Numbered from the stretch's first letter, positions 1 to 11,181 are shown. The stretch is 64,000 bases of DNA from an uncultured Collinsella sp. (GCA_949294785.1 CASFIQ010000016.1:8770-72769), one strand, 5' to 3'. Translations and numbers: made by a program. Notes: generated from the letters alone by a model not told the origin.

Positions 1-1
1 G

Positions 2-760
2 GCCCCCGACCAGGCTAAGGCCGAGCCCGTCTCGCTCGATGACGGGGAGATCGACCTCGTCATCTCGCTCGGCGGCGACGGGACGCTTCTGCGCGCCGCG
101 CGGATCGTCGGGTACCGCGAGGTTCCCATCCTGGGTCTCTCCTACGGTCATGTCGGTTTTCTCACCGCGGCGAGTCCCGATGATTGCGATGTACTCGCCG
201 TGGTGGCCGACGCGCTCGCCGGCGAGCTCCATGTGAGCCGAAGGGCCACGCTCTCCTGTACCATCGTGAGCGCGGACGAATCGGGGAGGGAGCACGAGTA
301 CTCGGCCTTCGCGCTGAACGATCTGGCGCTCGCACGCGGCCCGCTCTCAGATATGGTCGAGTTCGACATCTCCGTCTCCGGCCATCATATCGACCGTTTG
401 CGCGGAGACGGCGTGGTGGTCTCGACCGCGACCGGCTCGACGGGCTATGCGCTCTCGGCCGGCGGCCCCATCGTCAGCCCCGATTACACCGGGATGGTCG
501 TCGTGCCCATCGCGCCGCACACCATCCAGGCCCGCGCGTTTCTGACCTCGCCCTCCGATGTCGTCGAGATCGCGATGAGCGACCGCAGGCCGTCGGTTCC
601 CGCCATCGCGATCGATGGGCGCTTCCCCGAGCTCGAGGGGGTCGCGCGCCGCGCGGTCGTGAGCCGCGGGCCCGGCGACGTGCTGCTGCTCGACTACGGT
701 CCGGAGAGCTTCTACAACTCGGTTTCCCGTGTGTTCTACGGAGTGCGCCATGATCGATGA
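2..760 (+). CDS. nadK: NAD kinase (5' end truncated by window edge)
   Basis: Frame is open from base 2: ...DLVISLGGDGTLLRAAR (GGDGT motif), ND motif, DGVVVSTATGSTGYALSAGGP; lies upstream of recN as usual. Confidence 0.95.
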   Translation, partial: APDQAKAEPVSLDDGEIDLVISLGGDGTLLRAARIVGYREVPILGLSYGHVGFLTAASPDDCDVLAVVADALAGELHVSRRATLSCTIVSADESGREHEYSAFALNDLALARGPLSDMVEFDISVSGHHIDRLRGDGVVVSTATGSTGYALSAGGPIVSPDYTGMVVVPIAPHTIQARAFLTSPSDVVEIAMSDRRPSVPAIAIDGRFPELEGVARRAVVSRGPGDVLLLDYGPESFYNSVSRVFYGVRHDR

Positions 761-2381
761 GATTCGCGTGCGCGACCTCGCGCTCATCCACGAGGCCGAC
801 CTGTCGCTCTCGACCGGTCTCACGGTGCTCACCGGTGAGACCGGTGCGGGCAAGACGGCGCTGCTCTCCGCTTTGAAGCTTCTGATCGGCGAGCGCGCCG
901 ATGCCGCCATGGTGCGGGAGGGCGAACCGTTCGCGCTCGTCGAGGGCCGATTCTATCGGACCGGTGACGACGCGGAGGGCCTCGTGGTCCAGCGCCGCGT
1001 CGGTGCGGATGGCCGCAGCCGCGTGAAGATCGACGGGGCCCTGGGCAGCGTCCGCGAACTTGCGAACGTAGTCGCCCCCATGGTCGATCTGTGCGGCCAG
1101 CACGAGCACCAGCGCCTTCTGGACCCTCAGACGCACGTGGCCATGGTCGATGCCTGGGCGGGGGCCGCGATCTCCGGCGCGCTCGCGGATTATCGAGCCG
1201 CCCTTGCGGACGCCCGTGCCGCCGCGCGTGAGCTCGCGCGCGTCGAGGATGCCGCCCGCACGGAAGGTGCGCGCCTGGAGGACGCCCGTTTCACCTGCGA
1301 GCGCATCGACGAGGTCGACCCGCAGGCAGGCGAGCTCGAGGACCTGGAGGAGCGGCTCCCGCGCGCCGAGCACGCTGAGGCGCTCGCGCGCTGCGCATAC
1401 GAGGCCATCGAGGCGCTTTCCGGTGAGGAGGGCGCGCTCAACCCTTTGAACGGCGCGATCGTCGAGCTCGAGCGCATGGGCCGCGTGGATGAGAAGCTTA
1501 ACCAATTCGCCGACAGCCTTTCGAGCGCGGCGATCGTGCTCGAGGATGTCTCGAGCGACCTGCGCCGCTATCAGATGGACGTCGAATTCGACCCGGAGGA
1601 GCTCGCCCGCGCACAGGAGCGCCATGCGGCGCTGCGCGGCATCATGCGGCAGTTCGGCCCCACGATGCTGGACGTCTTCCGCCGGCGCGACGAGGCGTGC
1701 GAGCTTCTTGCGCTCGTCTCCGACGGCGAGGCCCGTGTCCGTGCCGCCCGTGAGGCCCTCGATCGGGCGGAGGATCGCCTGGCCCGCTCGGCGCGAGAGC
1801 TCCGCCATCGGCGCAACGAGGCGGCCCCCCGCTTCTGCCGCGAGGTCGGCCGCCAGATGGGACGCCTCGAGATGGGCCGCGCCGAGCTCGTCTGGGAGGC
1901 CCGCGAGCTGCCGCGCGAGCGCTGGACGGAGGAGGGTCCCGATTCCTGTGAGCTGCTCTATCGGGGTGCGCCCGGGCTTACCGCGCGTCCCTTGCGCCGG
2001 ATCGCGTCGGGGGGCGAGCTCTCGCGCGTCATGCTCGCCGCGACCGTCGTCTTGGGTGAGGCAGATGGCGTCGACACCCTCGTTTTCGATGAGGTCGATG
2101 CCGGCGTCGGCGGCGCTACGGCGCGCTCCCTCGCGGCGGTGCTCGCCGATCTGGCGCGCACGCATCAGGTGATCGTGGTCACCCATGTCGCCCAGGTCGC
2201 CGTGGTCGCCCAGGAGCACTACGTGGTGCGCAAGGACGAGGGGGACCGTCCCGAGACCCGGCTTCTGCAGGTGGCGGGCGACGCGCGGGTACGCGAGGTC
2301 GCGCGCATGCTCTCAGGAGACGAGGGCGAGGCCTCGATCGCTCATGCCCGCGAGTTGCTCGCCGAGGCGGGGACGCGGTAG
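750..2381 (+). CDS. recN: DNA repair protein RecN
   Basis: MIDEIRVRDLALI start, Walker A GETGAGKT, long coiled coil, signature ASGGELSR, Walker B LVFDEVDAG. Confidence 0.96.
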   Translation: MIDEIRVRDLALIHEADLSLSTGLTVLTGETGAGKTALLSALKLLIGERADAAMVREGEPFALVEGRFYRTGDDAEGLVVQRRVGADGRSRVKIDGALGSVRELANVVAPMVDLCGQHEHQRLLDPQTHVAMVDAWAGAAISGALADYRAALADARAAARELARVEDAARTEGARLEDARFTCERIDEVDPQAGELEDLEERLPRAEHAEALARCAYEAIEALSGEEGALNPLNGAIVELERMGRVDEKLNQFADSLSSAAIVLEDVSSDLRRYQMDVEFDPEELARAQERHAALRGIMRQFGPTMLDVFRRRDEACELLALVSDGEARVRAAREALDRAEDRLARSARELRHRRNEAAPRFCREVGRQMGRLEMGRAELVWEARELPRERWTEEGPDSCELLYRGAPGLTARPLRRIASGGELSRVMLAATVVLGEADGVDTLVFDEVDAGVGGATARSLAAVLADLARTHQVIVVTHVAQVAVVAQEHYVVRKDEGDRPETRLLQVAGDARVREVARMLSGDEGEASIAHARELLAEAGTR

Positions 2382-2390
2382 GGCTTGCGT

Positions 2391-2458
2391 GGGGACCGGC
2401 CCCATCCCTTTGGGAAGTTCCGCTCAGCGCGCTTCCCAAGGGGATGGGGCCGGTCCCT
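2391..2458. repeat. Long inverted repeat (26-bp arms) between convergent recN and aroQ; likely bidirectional terminator or REP-like element
   Basis: GGGACCGGCCCCATCCCTTTGGGAAG-N14-CTTCCCAAGGGGATGGGGCCGGTCCC, one mismatch (G-U in RNA). Confidence 0.8.
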
Positions 2459-2500
2459 TAGCTGCGATACAGAGGCTGTCTTAGGGGGCAAGGCCCGGTT

Positions 2501-2944
2501 TTAGGCGTCCGTCCGCAAGTGCTTGGCGAGCAGTTTGAGGCCGTGGCGGTAGCCCTCGAGCCCCTCACCGGTGATCGTGGCGAAGCAGGCGAGCCGTGCA
2601 TAGGACACCTGACGGAAGTCCTCGCGCTCCTCGACGGCCGAGATATGCACCTCGACGGCGGGGATCGACACCGCCTTCAGGGCGTCCAGGATCGCGACGC
2701 TCGTGTGCGTGTAGGCGGCCGGGTTGATGACGATGCCGTCGTAGACGCCCATAGCCTCCTGGATCTTGTCGACGATGGCCCCCTCGTGGTTCGACTGGAA
2801 GCATTCGACCTCGTCGAACCCCGCCTCCGTGGCCGCGCGGGCGCAGAGCGCGACGAGCGTCTCGTAGCTCTCGCTCCCGTAGATCCCCGGCTCGCGAATG
2901 CCGAGCATGTTGATATTCGGTCCGTTTATGACCAGTGCCTTCAT
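2501..2944 (-). CDS. aroQ: Type II 3-dehydroquinate dehydratase
   Basis: NGPNINMLGIREPGIYG, QSNHEG, INPAAYTHTS, EVHIS motifs. Confidence 0.97.
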   Translation of the reverse strand: MKALVINGPNINMLGIREPGIYGSESYETLVALCARAATEAGFDEVECFQSNHEGAIVDKIQEAMGVYDGIVINPAAYTHTSVAILDALKAVSIPAVEVHISAVEEREDFRQVSYARLACFATITGEGLEGYRHGLKLLAKHLRTDA

Positions 2945-2958
2945 GGAGGTTCCCTTCG

Positions 2959-4248
2959 TTATCGATCGCCGGCGGCATCCATCGCGTCGGCTCGATCCCG
3001 TGCGGCGCCCTGTATGATGCGGGCGATTTCCTCGGCGGTCGCGGTGGCGCTCTCGCGCGAGTCCACGATCAGGTCCGCCCAGCCGCGATAGCGATCCATG
3101 CGCTGGCGCGCAAGTTCCTCCACGCCATGGCGGGCGGTCATGGGGCGCCCCTTGCGCGAGAGCTCCTCAAGCGGGCGGTTGAGCATGACGATCAGGCTGT
3201 TCTGGTGCAAGAGCGGATAGTTCTCGTCACGGGTCACCACACCGCCGCCGCAGGAGATGACCAGCGAGCTGCGCTTCGCCACGTCGCGCACGCACGTGGT
3301 CTCGGCCGCGCGAAAGGCATCCTCGCCGCTGCTCACGATGAACGATTCGCAGCTCGTGCCCAGCATGCGCTCGAGTTCCTGGTCGATGTCTGCCTGCTCG
3401 CGACCGAGGATATCGGCGAGCACGGCGCCGACCGACGTCTTACCGCAGCCCGGCATGCCGATGAGCGCGATGTTCTGAACGCGTCGCGAGAGGCCCTCGG
3501 TCACCTCGACCACGCGCTCGCGGGAGATCTCCCGGCCCGTGTAGCGCCGTACCGCGGCGGCCGCCTGGGCGACGAGCATGATGAGGCCGCCGAACGCGGG
3601 GATTCCGCGGCGCTCCGCCTCCATCATGATACCGGTGCGCGCCGGGTTGTAGACCAGGTCCAGCACGGCCTCCAGGCGAGGGAGCGCCTCGAGCGCGGCG
3701 GGTGCGTCCGGACATGCGGGGAACATGCCGCGCGGCGTCGCGTTCACCGCCACCGCGGCGTCCGCGAAGCGCGGCAGGTCCTCGTAGGTGACCTCGCCGG
3801 TGCGCCCCACGGAGACGACCTCGGCCCCCAGGTCCTCGAGGACGAGCCGGCTCGTGGTTCCCGCGCCGCCGCTCCCGCCGAACACGAGGACGCGCTTGCC
3901 GGCCACATCGACTCCGGAGTGCTCGACGAGCGTCTTGAACCCGTAGTAATCGGTGTTATCGCCCAGGAGCTTTCCCTCGGGGGTGCGGCAGACGGTGTTC
4001 ACGTTGCCCAGCCGCCGCGCGACATCCGTGAGCTCGTCCACCAGATCGAACACGACCCGCTTGTAGGGTATGGTGACGTTCACGCCCTCCCATTCGTTAC
4101 CGCGGATGAAGTCCTCGACGTCCTCAGGTTCGCGCTCGAAGCGCACGTAGAACATATCGGCGAGCTCGCGGTAGATATCGGGCGTGTAGCTGTGGGCGAG
4201 CTTTCTGCCCAGCACGCCGTAGGGGCGCGCGGTCATATCGATGGCCAT
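2959..4248 (-). CDS. aroE: Bifunctional shikimate dehydrogenase / shikimate kinase fusion (AroE-AroK)
   Basis: Start MAIDMTARPYGVLG (ATG 4248, 1 nt after the pheA stop). AroE motifs HSYTP, NVTIPYK, NVNT, NTDYYG, DLVYNP. AroK motifs GMPGCGKT, GEDAFR, CGGGVV. Confidence 0.93.
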   Translation of the reverse strand: MAIDMTARPYGVLGRKLAHSYTPDIYRELADMFYVRFEREPEDVEDFIRGNEWEGVNVTIPYKRVVFDLVDELTDVARRLGNVNTVCRTPEGKLLGDNTDYYGFKTLVEHSGVDVAGKRVLVFGGSGGAGTTSRLVLEDLGAEVVSVGRTGEVTYEDLPRFADAAVAVNATPRGMFPACPDAPAALEALPRLEAVLDLVYNPARTGIMMEAERRGIPAFGGLIMLVAQAAAAVRRYTGREISRERVVEVTEGLSRRVQNIALIGMPGCGKTSVGAVLADILGREQADIDQELERMLGTSCESFIVSSGEDAFRAAETTCVRDVAKRSSLVISCGGGVVTRDENYPLLHQNSLIVMLNRPLEELSRKGRPMTARHGVEELARQRMDRYRGWADLIVDSRESATATAEEIARIIQGAARDRADAMDAAGDR

Positions 4249-4249
4249 A

Positions 4250-5395
<1,146 letters not shown>

Positions 5396-5404
5396 GGTCG
5401 GTCC

Positions 5405-6559
5405 CTAGTTCTCGTCAGCGGTCGGTCGGGTGGTTCCGATATCCCCGGTTCGCGGGGGAACGGGCGGATAGCACCCGTCTTCAAGGAGCGCATCGAGCAG
5501 CGCGAGCGCGCAGGCGGCCTCCGCGACGGGTACGGCGCGCGGAACGATCGCCGGGTCGTGCCGTCCGCCTACGGTGAGCTCGGTATCGCTCCCGGTATCG
5601 AGATCGACCGATTCCTGGGCGCGCCCGATCGAAGGCGTGGGCTTCACGGAGAGGCGGCAGACGATGGGCATGCCCGTGGTGAGACCGCCGAGGATCCCGC
5701 CGGCGTTGTTGGTCGCGCACCTCACGCGGCCGTCCTCCATGCGGAAGGGGTCGTTGTTCTCGCTTCCGGCCTTGCGCGCGGCCTCGAACCCAGCGCCGAA
5801 CTCCACGCCTTTCACCGCGGGGATCCCGAAGGCGATGCGCGCGATGCGGTTCTCGATTCCGTCGAACATGGGGTCGCCGATCCCGGCGGGCATGCCGTAG
5901 GCGATGCATTCGATGATGCCGCCCACGCTGTCCCGGTCCCCTTTGGCCCGGAGGATGCGCTCGCGCATGGCGGCTCCGGCTTGCTCGTCGATGGTGGGGA
6001 ATCCGTGCGATGCAAGCGCCGCGAGCTGCGCCGAGTTCATATCGAGCGCGTCAAGCGGTTCGTCCGAGATGCGCTCGGGGCCGAGCTCCGCGATGTGCGC
6101 CGCGATGGTCACGCCCGCGCGCTCGAGTTCCTGGAGCGCGATGCCGCCGGCGATGCACAAAGGCGCGGTGAGCCGCCCGGAGAAGTGCCCACCTCCCGCG
6201 ACGTCGTGCCAGTTCCCAAAGCGAACGCGTGCGGGGTAGTCGGCGTGGCCGGGACGCGGGACGCGCCTGAGGCCGGCGTAGTCGGCGCTTCTCGTGTTGC
6301 TGTTCCGGATGATCGCGGCGATGGGGGCTCCGGTCGTATGGCCGTTGAGGAGACCGCAGAGAAACTCCGGCGCGTCCGCTTCGCGACGGGTCGTCGCGGT
6401 CGCGGAGCGTCCCGGGGCGCGGCGGTCCAGGAACCGTTGCAGCCGGTCGAGGTCGATCGGGAGCCCGGCGGGCAGGCCGTCGATGGAGCATCCGATCGCC
6501 GAGGCATGCGATTCCCCGAAGATCTGGACCTTCACGGCCCCTCCGATGAACGATGACAT
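5405..6559 (-). CDS. aroC: Chorismate synthase
   Basis: GESH, RPGHAD, SGRLTA, NNAGGILGG, GRHDP motifs; alternative GTG start at 6568. Confidence 0.97.
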   Translation of the reverse strand: MSSFIGGAVKVQIFGESHASAIGCSIDGLPAGLPIDLDRLQRFLDRRAPGRSATATTRREADAPEFLCGLLNGHTTGAPIAAIIRNSNTRSADYAGLRRVPRPGHADYPARVRFGNWHDVAGGGHFSGRLTAPLCIAGGIALQELERAGVTIAAHIAELGPERISDEPLDALDMNSAQLAALASHGFPTIDEQAGAAMRERILRAKGDRDSVGGIIECIAYGMPAGIGDPMFDGIENRIARIAFGIPAVKGVEFGAGFEAARKAGSENNDPFRMEDGRVRCATNNAGGILGGLTTGMPIVCRLSVKPTPSIGRAQESVDLDTGSDTELTVGGRHDPAIVPRAVPVAEAACALALLDALLEDGCYPPVPPRTGDIGTTRPTADEN

Positions 6560-6564
6560 CGCAA

Positions 6565-7884
6565 TCACCCTTCCAAGAGCTCGACCTTGCCACCGAGGGC
6601 CCGATAGTGGTCGAAGAACGCGGGATAGGACTTCTGCACCGCCTCGGCACCGTGGATCTCGACGGTATCGGCGGCACGTGTTGCGGCGATGGCGGCCATC
6701 ATGACGATGCGGTGGTCGTTATGCGCCTGCACCGCTCCGCCCGATAGCTGCTCCTTGCCGGCGATCCGCAGGCTGTCCCCGTCGATGCGCACGGGCGCCC
6801 CGAGGGCGCGAAGCTCGCGGGTGACCGTCTCCAGGCGATCCGACTCCTTGATGCGCAGGCGCGCGCAGTCCCGTATGACCGTGGTCCCTTGGGCGCACGA
6901 GGCGACCGCGGCCATGATGGGGACGAGGTCGGGGACGTCGCGCGCGGAGAGCTCGAATCCCTGAAGCCGATCGGGTCTCACGGTTGCGGCATCCTTTCCG
7001 CGCAGCACCTTGGCACCGAACCTCGAGAGCGCCGCGAGTATGCTGCGGTCGCCCTGGGCCGATCTGAGGGAGAGCCCCGTCACGGTGATGGGCTCGGTGC
7101 CGAGCGCCCCGGCGGAGAGCCAGAAGGCGGCGTTCGACCAATCTCCCTCGACCGCCACGGCGCTCGGGGTCCGGTACCCGTCGGAATCGACGGTGAAGAG
7201 CGTGCGGGGCTCTTCGGCGGTGGCGCCCACCAGGCGCTCGGTGCGAACCTCGACGCCGAATGCGGCGAGTGCGCGGCAGGTGAGCTCGACATAGGGACGG
7301 CTCTCGATCCTGCCGGTGACGAGCACCTCGACGCGGCCGGGCAGCAGGGGGGCGGCGAGCAGCAGCCCCGAAATGAACTGCGAGCTCACGTCCCCGGGGA
7401 GCACGAAACGGCCCGGGCGCAGGCGCCCCGTCTCGGCGAGGGGAAAGCCGTCCGCGCCATCAAGGCTGCAGCCGCCGGCGACGAGCTCGTCAGCCAGCGG
7501 GCCGAGCGGGCGCTCGCCGAGCCGCTGCGCGCCGGTGAGCGTGGCGTCCGCACCCAGCGCGCAGGCGACGGGCAGCATGAAGCGAAGCGTGGACCCCGAC
7601 TCGCCGCAATCGAGCACCGCGCCCTTGCACGCGGCGAGGATCCCGTGCTCGCGGCTCTTCGGGACGGGGGAGACGCGGAACCCCTCGCCGGTCCGCTCGA
7701 TGCGCGCACCCAGCGCCTCGAGGCAGCGGACGGTCGCATCGATATCGGCGCACGTGGTCGAGCAGGCGATATCGGTGGATCCGTTCGCGAGCGCCGCGGC
7801 GATGATCAGGCGGTGCGCCATGGACTTCGATGATATCGCCGGTACCGTGCCGGAAAGCGGTGACGGGGTAATGCGGGCGATCAC
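6565..7884 (-). CDS. aroA: 3-phosphoshikimate 1-carboxyvinyltransferase (EPSP synthase)
   Basis: SKSMAHR, CGESGSTLRF, SSQFISGLL, LRIKESDR, DHRIVM, KSYP motifs. Confidence 0.97.
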   Translation of the reverse strand: MIARITPSPLSGTVPAISSKSMAHRLIIAAALANGSTDIACSTTCADIDATVRCLEALGARIERTGEGFRVSPVPKSREHGILAACKGAVLDCGESGSTLRFMLPVACALGADATLTGAQRLGERPLGPLADELVAGGCSLDGADGFPLAETGRLRPGRFVLPGDVSSQFISGLLLAAPLLPGRVEVLVTGRIESRPYVELTCRALAAFGVEVRTERLVGATAEEPRTLFTVDSDGYRTPSAVAVEGDWSNAAFWLSAGALGTEPITVTGLSLRSAQGDRSILAALSRFGAKVLRGKDAATVRPDRLQGFELSARDVPDLVPIMAAVASCAQGTTVIRDCARLRIKESDRLETVTRELRALGAPVRIDGDSLRIAGKEQLSGGAVQAHNDHRIVMMAAIAATRAADTVEIHGAEAVQKSYPAFFDHYRALGGKVELLEG

Positions 7885-8981
7885 GGGCGCACCTCCAAGA
7901 TATCGTCGACACCGTCGCGGATGATCTCACGGAAGGTCTCGAGGTCGGTTTGCGCAAGCGAGCAGGCGCCGATGCGCCGAGGGATCACCAGGTCTATGGA
8001 ATTCCCGCGGCGTTTCTTGTCGTGCAGCGCCACGGCGAAGAGCTCGTCGGGGTCGCGATGCGTGCGCGTCTTGAGCCCATGACGCCGGAGCAGGTCCTCG
8101 ATGCGTGCGGGAACATCTTTGCCGCACAGATCGCGCGTCGCCGCGGCGCGCGCGATGGCGGTGAGGCCCATGGCGACACACGTGCCGTGCCCCAGGCGGT
8201 AGCCCTCTGCCGCCTCGATGGCGTGCCCGATGCTGTGGCCCAGGTTCAAGAGCTTGCGGACGCCCCCTTCGCGCTCATCCTGGCTCACGACATCGCGCTT
8301 GATCTCGATGTTGCGCGCCACAAGGGTCTCGACGTAGGTGAGGTCGCGCAGGAGCACCTCGTAGGTGAGCGGCTGGTGCTCGAGGATCTCGAACAGGTTC
8401 TCGTCGGCGAGGACCGCATGCTTCACCACCTCGCCGCAGCCGTCGGCGAACTGCTCCGGGGAAAGCGTGCCCAGGCATCCCACGTCGGCGAGGACCAGGC
8501 GCGGCTGCCAGAAGGCGCCGACGAGGTTCTTGCCGCGCGCCAGATCAATCGCGGTCTTTCCCCCGACGGAGGAGTCCACCATGGAAAGCAGGCTCGTCGG
8601 CATCTGCACCAGGTCGATTCCGCGCATGTAGGTCGCCGCGGCGAACCCCGCGACGTCGCCGGTCACCCCGCCGCCGAGGGCGACGACCACCGACGACCGG
8701 TCGAGCTCAGCCTCCGCCATCGCATCGAGGATGGCGAGGTAGGTCTCCGCGCGCTTATGCTCCTCGCCGGCGGGGAACTCGATCGCGCGCACGCGATAGC
8801 CCGATCCGGCAAGGCTCTCCTCGACGATGCGGGCGTACAGCGGCCCCACGTTGGAATCGGTCACGATGACGGCGGCGTCCCCGCCGCACACGGCGCGGAT
8901 GCGCGCGCCCGCCTGCTCGAGCAGGCGCGTCCCCACGACGACGTCATAGGGCCTCCCGGTGGTGACGCGGATGGTCTGCAT
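7881..8981 (-). CDS. aroB: 3-dehydroquinate synthase
   Basis: GGGVTGD, DSSVGGKT, KNLVGAF, LNLGHSIGHAIE, HG motifs; alternative start 9002. Confidence 0.96.
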   Translation of the reverse strand: MQTIRVTTGRPYDVVVGTRLLEQAGARIRAVCGGDAAVIVTDSNVGPLYARIVEESLAGSGYRVRAIEFPAGEEHKRAETYLAILDAMAEAELDRSSVVVALGGGVTGDVAGFAAATYMRGIDLVQMPTSLLSMVDSSVGGKTAIDLARGKNLVGAFWQPRLVLADVGCLGTLSPEQFADGCGEVVKHAVLADENLFEILEHQPLTYEVLLRDLTYVETLVARNIEIKRDVVSQDEREGGVRKLLNLGHSIGHAIEAAEGYRLGHGTCVAMGLTAIARAAATRDLCGKDVPARIEDLLRRHGLKTRTHRDPDELFAVALHDKKRRGNSIDLVIPRRIGACSLAQTDLETFREIIRDGVDDILEVRP

Positions 8982-9044
8982 TGGGTATCCCGGTCCTTTC
9001 ATCTTGGATGCTGCAGGGGTGCTTGCGGGCGCGGTGGCGCCGTC

Positions 9045-9926
9045 TCAATCGGAGGCGCGGTCGTCGAGCGCGCGCTTGATGCGGTCCCCCTCGGCGAGGA
9101 GCCGGCGCAGCCGCTCGCAATCGCCCGCTTCGAGCGCGTCGCGGTAGCGCTCGAGCTCCCTGATGAGCAGATCGATCTCGTGCGAGAGAAACCCCGCGTC
9201 CTCGATCATGAGCTCCGCCCACATCGAGGGGTTGAGGTGCGCCACGCGGGTGAGGTCGCGGTAGCTCCCCGCGGAGAAGCCATGGTGCGCCTGCGCGGTG
9301 GGGCTTTTCACGTACGCGTTCGAGACCACGTGCGCAAGCTGGCTCGTGAACGCGATCATGCGGTCGTGCTCCTCGGGCGAGGTGACGCTGAAAGTCCCGA
9401 ACCCGCAGGGGGCGAGCAGCATGTGAGCGCGGTCGAGGAGCTCGAGGCGCGCGATGTCGTCCAGCGCGGGCGGGACGAGCACGATCGGTGCGCCCTGAAA
9501 GAGGTCCGACCGTGCGTGCGCGAAGCCGGAATGATGGGTTCCCGCCATGGGGTGCGTTCCCAGGAAGGCGAACCCCGAACGGCGGGCAAGGGGGAAGGCG
9601 CGCTCGCAGATCTTCTGCTTGACGCCCGCGACGTCGATGACGAGCGGTCCGGCCGCGCCGATGGCGCCGAGTGCATCCGCATGGTCTTCGAGCCAGCGGG
9701 TGCACGCCTCGGGATACGCCGCGAGGACGATAAGGTCGCAGGAGGGGAGGTCGTCGTCTGACAAACGATTCTCGACCACCTCGATTATGGCCGCGCCGAG
9801 CGCATCCTCGTCCACATCGTCTGCCAGGACGCGCCAACCCGCCTGCCGGTACGCGCGGGCGAAACTGCCCCCGATGAGGCCCAGGCCGATGATCCCCACC
9901 GTTTGCGCGGCGGATGCGGCCGCCAT
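9045..9926 (-). CDS. tyrA: Prephenate dehydrogenase
   Basis: GLGLIGGS Rossmann motif, DVAGVK, HPMAG, HD...TSQLAH, GSYRDLTRVA. Confidence 0.94.
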   Translation of the reverse strand: MAAASAAQTVGIIGLGLIGGSFARAYRQAGWRVLADDVDEDALGAAIIEVVENRLSDDDLPSCDLIVLAAYPEACTRWLEDHADALGAIGAAGPLVIDVAGVKQKICERAFPLARRSGFAFLGTHPMAGTHHSGFAHARSDLFQGAPIVLVPPALDDIARLELLDRAHMLLAPCGFGTFSVTSPEEHDRMIAFTSQLAHVVSNAYVKSPTAQAHHGFSAGSYRDLTRVAHLNPSMWAELMIEDAGFLSHEIDLLIRELERYRDALEAGDCERLRRLLAEGDRIKRALDDRASD

Positions 9927-10948
9927 CACCGCACCGCCTCGGGCGCGATGGCGCCGCGGATGATGCGGATGCGCTCCATGAGCTCGTCGAACTGGTCGGG
10001 CGTGAGCGCCTGCGCCCCGTCGGACCACGCATGGGTGGGGTCGTCGTGGACCTCGATCTCGAGGCCGTCGGCTCCGCCGGCGCAGGCGGCAAGCGCCATG
10101 GGTGCAACGTAGCGCGTGTAGCCGGTCGCATGGCTGGGGTCGGCCACGACCGGCAGATGCGACAGGTAGTGGATGACCGGCACGGCGTTCAGATCGAAGG
10201 TGTTTCTCGTGCGGGTCTCGAAGGTGCGGATGCCGCGTTCGCACAGGATGACCCGGTCGTTGCCCTCGCTCATGATGTACTCCGCCGCCATGAGGAGCTC
10301 GTCGACCGTGCCGGAGAGACCGCGCTTCAAAAGCACCGGAACGTTCGTCTTGCCGACCTCTTTGAGCAGCGGGAAGTTCTGCGCGTTGCGGGCGCCGATC
10401 TGCATGACGTCGACTCGCTTCTCGACGAAGAGCGCCACGTCGCGCGGGTCCATGACCTCGGTGACGATCGGCATATCCAGCTCCGCGCGCGCCTCGAGCA
10501 GAAGCTCGAGCCCCGCCTCGCCCATGCCCTGGCAGGCGTACGGGGAGGTGCGCGGCTTGTAGGCCCCGCCGCGAAGCATGGTCGCACCGGCCTGCTTCAC
10601 GCGCCGGGCGATTCGGATGAGGTTCTCTCCCTCGACCGCGCAGGGGCCGGCGATCACCTGGAAGTTGCCGCCGCCGATCTTGGTCCCGAATCCGCAGTCG
10701 ATCACGCTGTCCTCGGGATGGAACTTACGGTTCGCCTTCTTGAAGGGCTCGGAGACGCGTTGCACCCGCTCCACGATATCCATTGATTCCAAGAGGAAGG
10801 GGTCGATAAGCGTGGTGTCGCCCACGAGGCCGATCACGATCTCGTTCGCTCCGCGGCTCACGTGGGCCTCAAGGCCCTTCTTCTCGATCCAGGAGACGAG
10901 GTGCCTGACGGAGCCTTCGTCCGCGGTCTTCTTGAGAATGGCGATCAT
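9926..10948 (-). CDS. aroF: DAHP synthase, type I-beta, with N-terminal regulatory (ferredoxin-like/ACT) domain
   Basis: IAGPCAVE, RGGAYKPRTSPY, QIGARN, LLKRG, LCERGIR, DPSHATG; ATG 10948 preceded by GGGAG. Confidence 0.95.
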   Translation of the reverse strand: MIAILKKTADEGSVRHLVSWIEKKGLEAHVSRGANEIVIGLVGDTTLIDPFLLESMDIVERVQRVSEPFKKANRKFHPEDSVIDCGFGTKIGGGNFQVIAGPCAVEGENLIRIARRVKQAGATMLRGGAYKPRTSPYACQGMGEAGLELLLEARAELDMPIVTEVMDPRDVALFVEKRVDVMQIGARNAQNFPLLKEVGKTNVPVLLKRGLSGTVDELLMAAEYIMSEGNDRVILCERGIRTFETRTRNTFDLNAVPVIHYLSHLPVVADPSHATGYTRYVAPMALAACAGGADGLEIEVHDDPTHAWSDGAQALTPDQFDELMERIRIIRGAIAPEAVR

Positions 10949-11181
10949 ATGCGTCTCCCGTTCGTCGTTTTCCGCCCGATGCGCGGCCACCTGCGGGCGC
11001 GTACCCTGCGGCCCTGTGCAAGTTGGACCATGGTAGCTCACCGGGAGACGCGCGATGCATGCGACATCGGGTGCAACATCTAATTAACGTTGCCGCGTCG
11101 TGAAGAAGGCGATGGGGCGGAGATGGCCGCCCTGATGCTCGACGAGGCGCGACACGGCGAAAAGGGGGCTGGAGGTCGAAG

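Noticed and set aside
2382-2500. Duplicated tRNA-Arg 3' end (attR) at the far side of the aro operon
   Set aside because: No copy of the tRNA 3' sequence found, so the aro block is not called a mobile element
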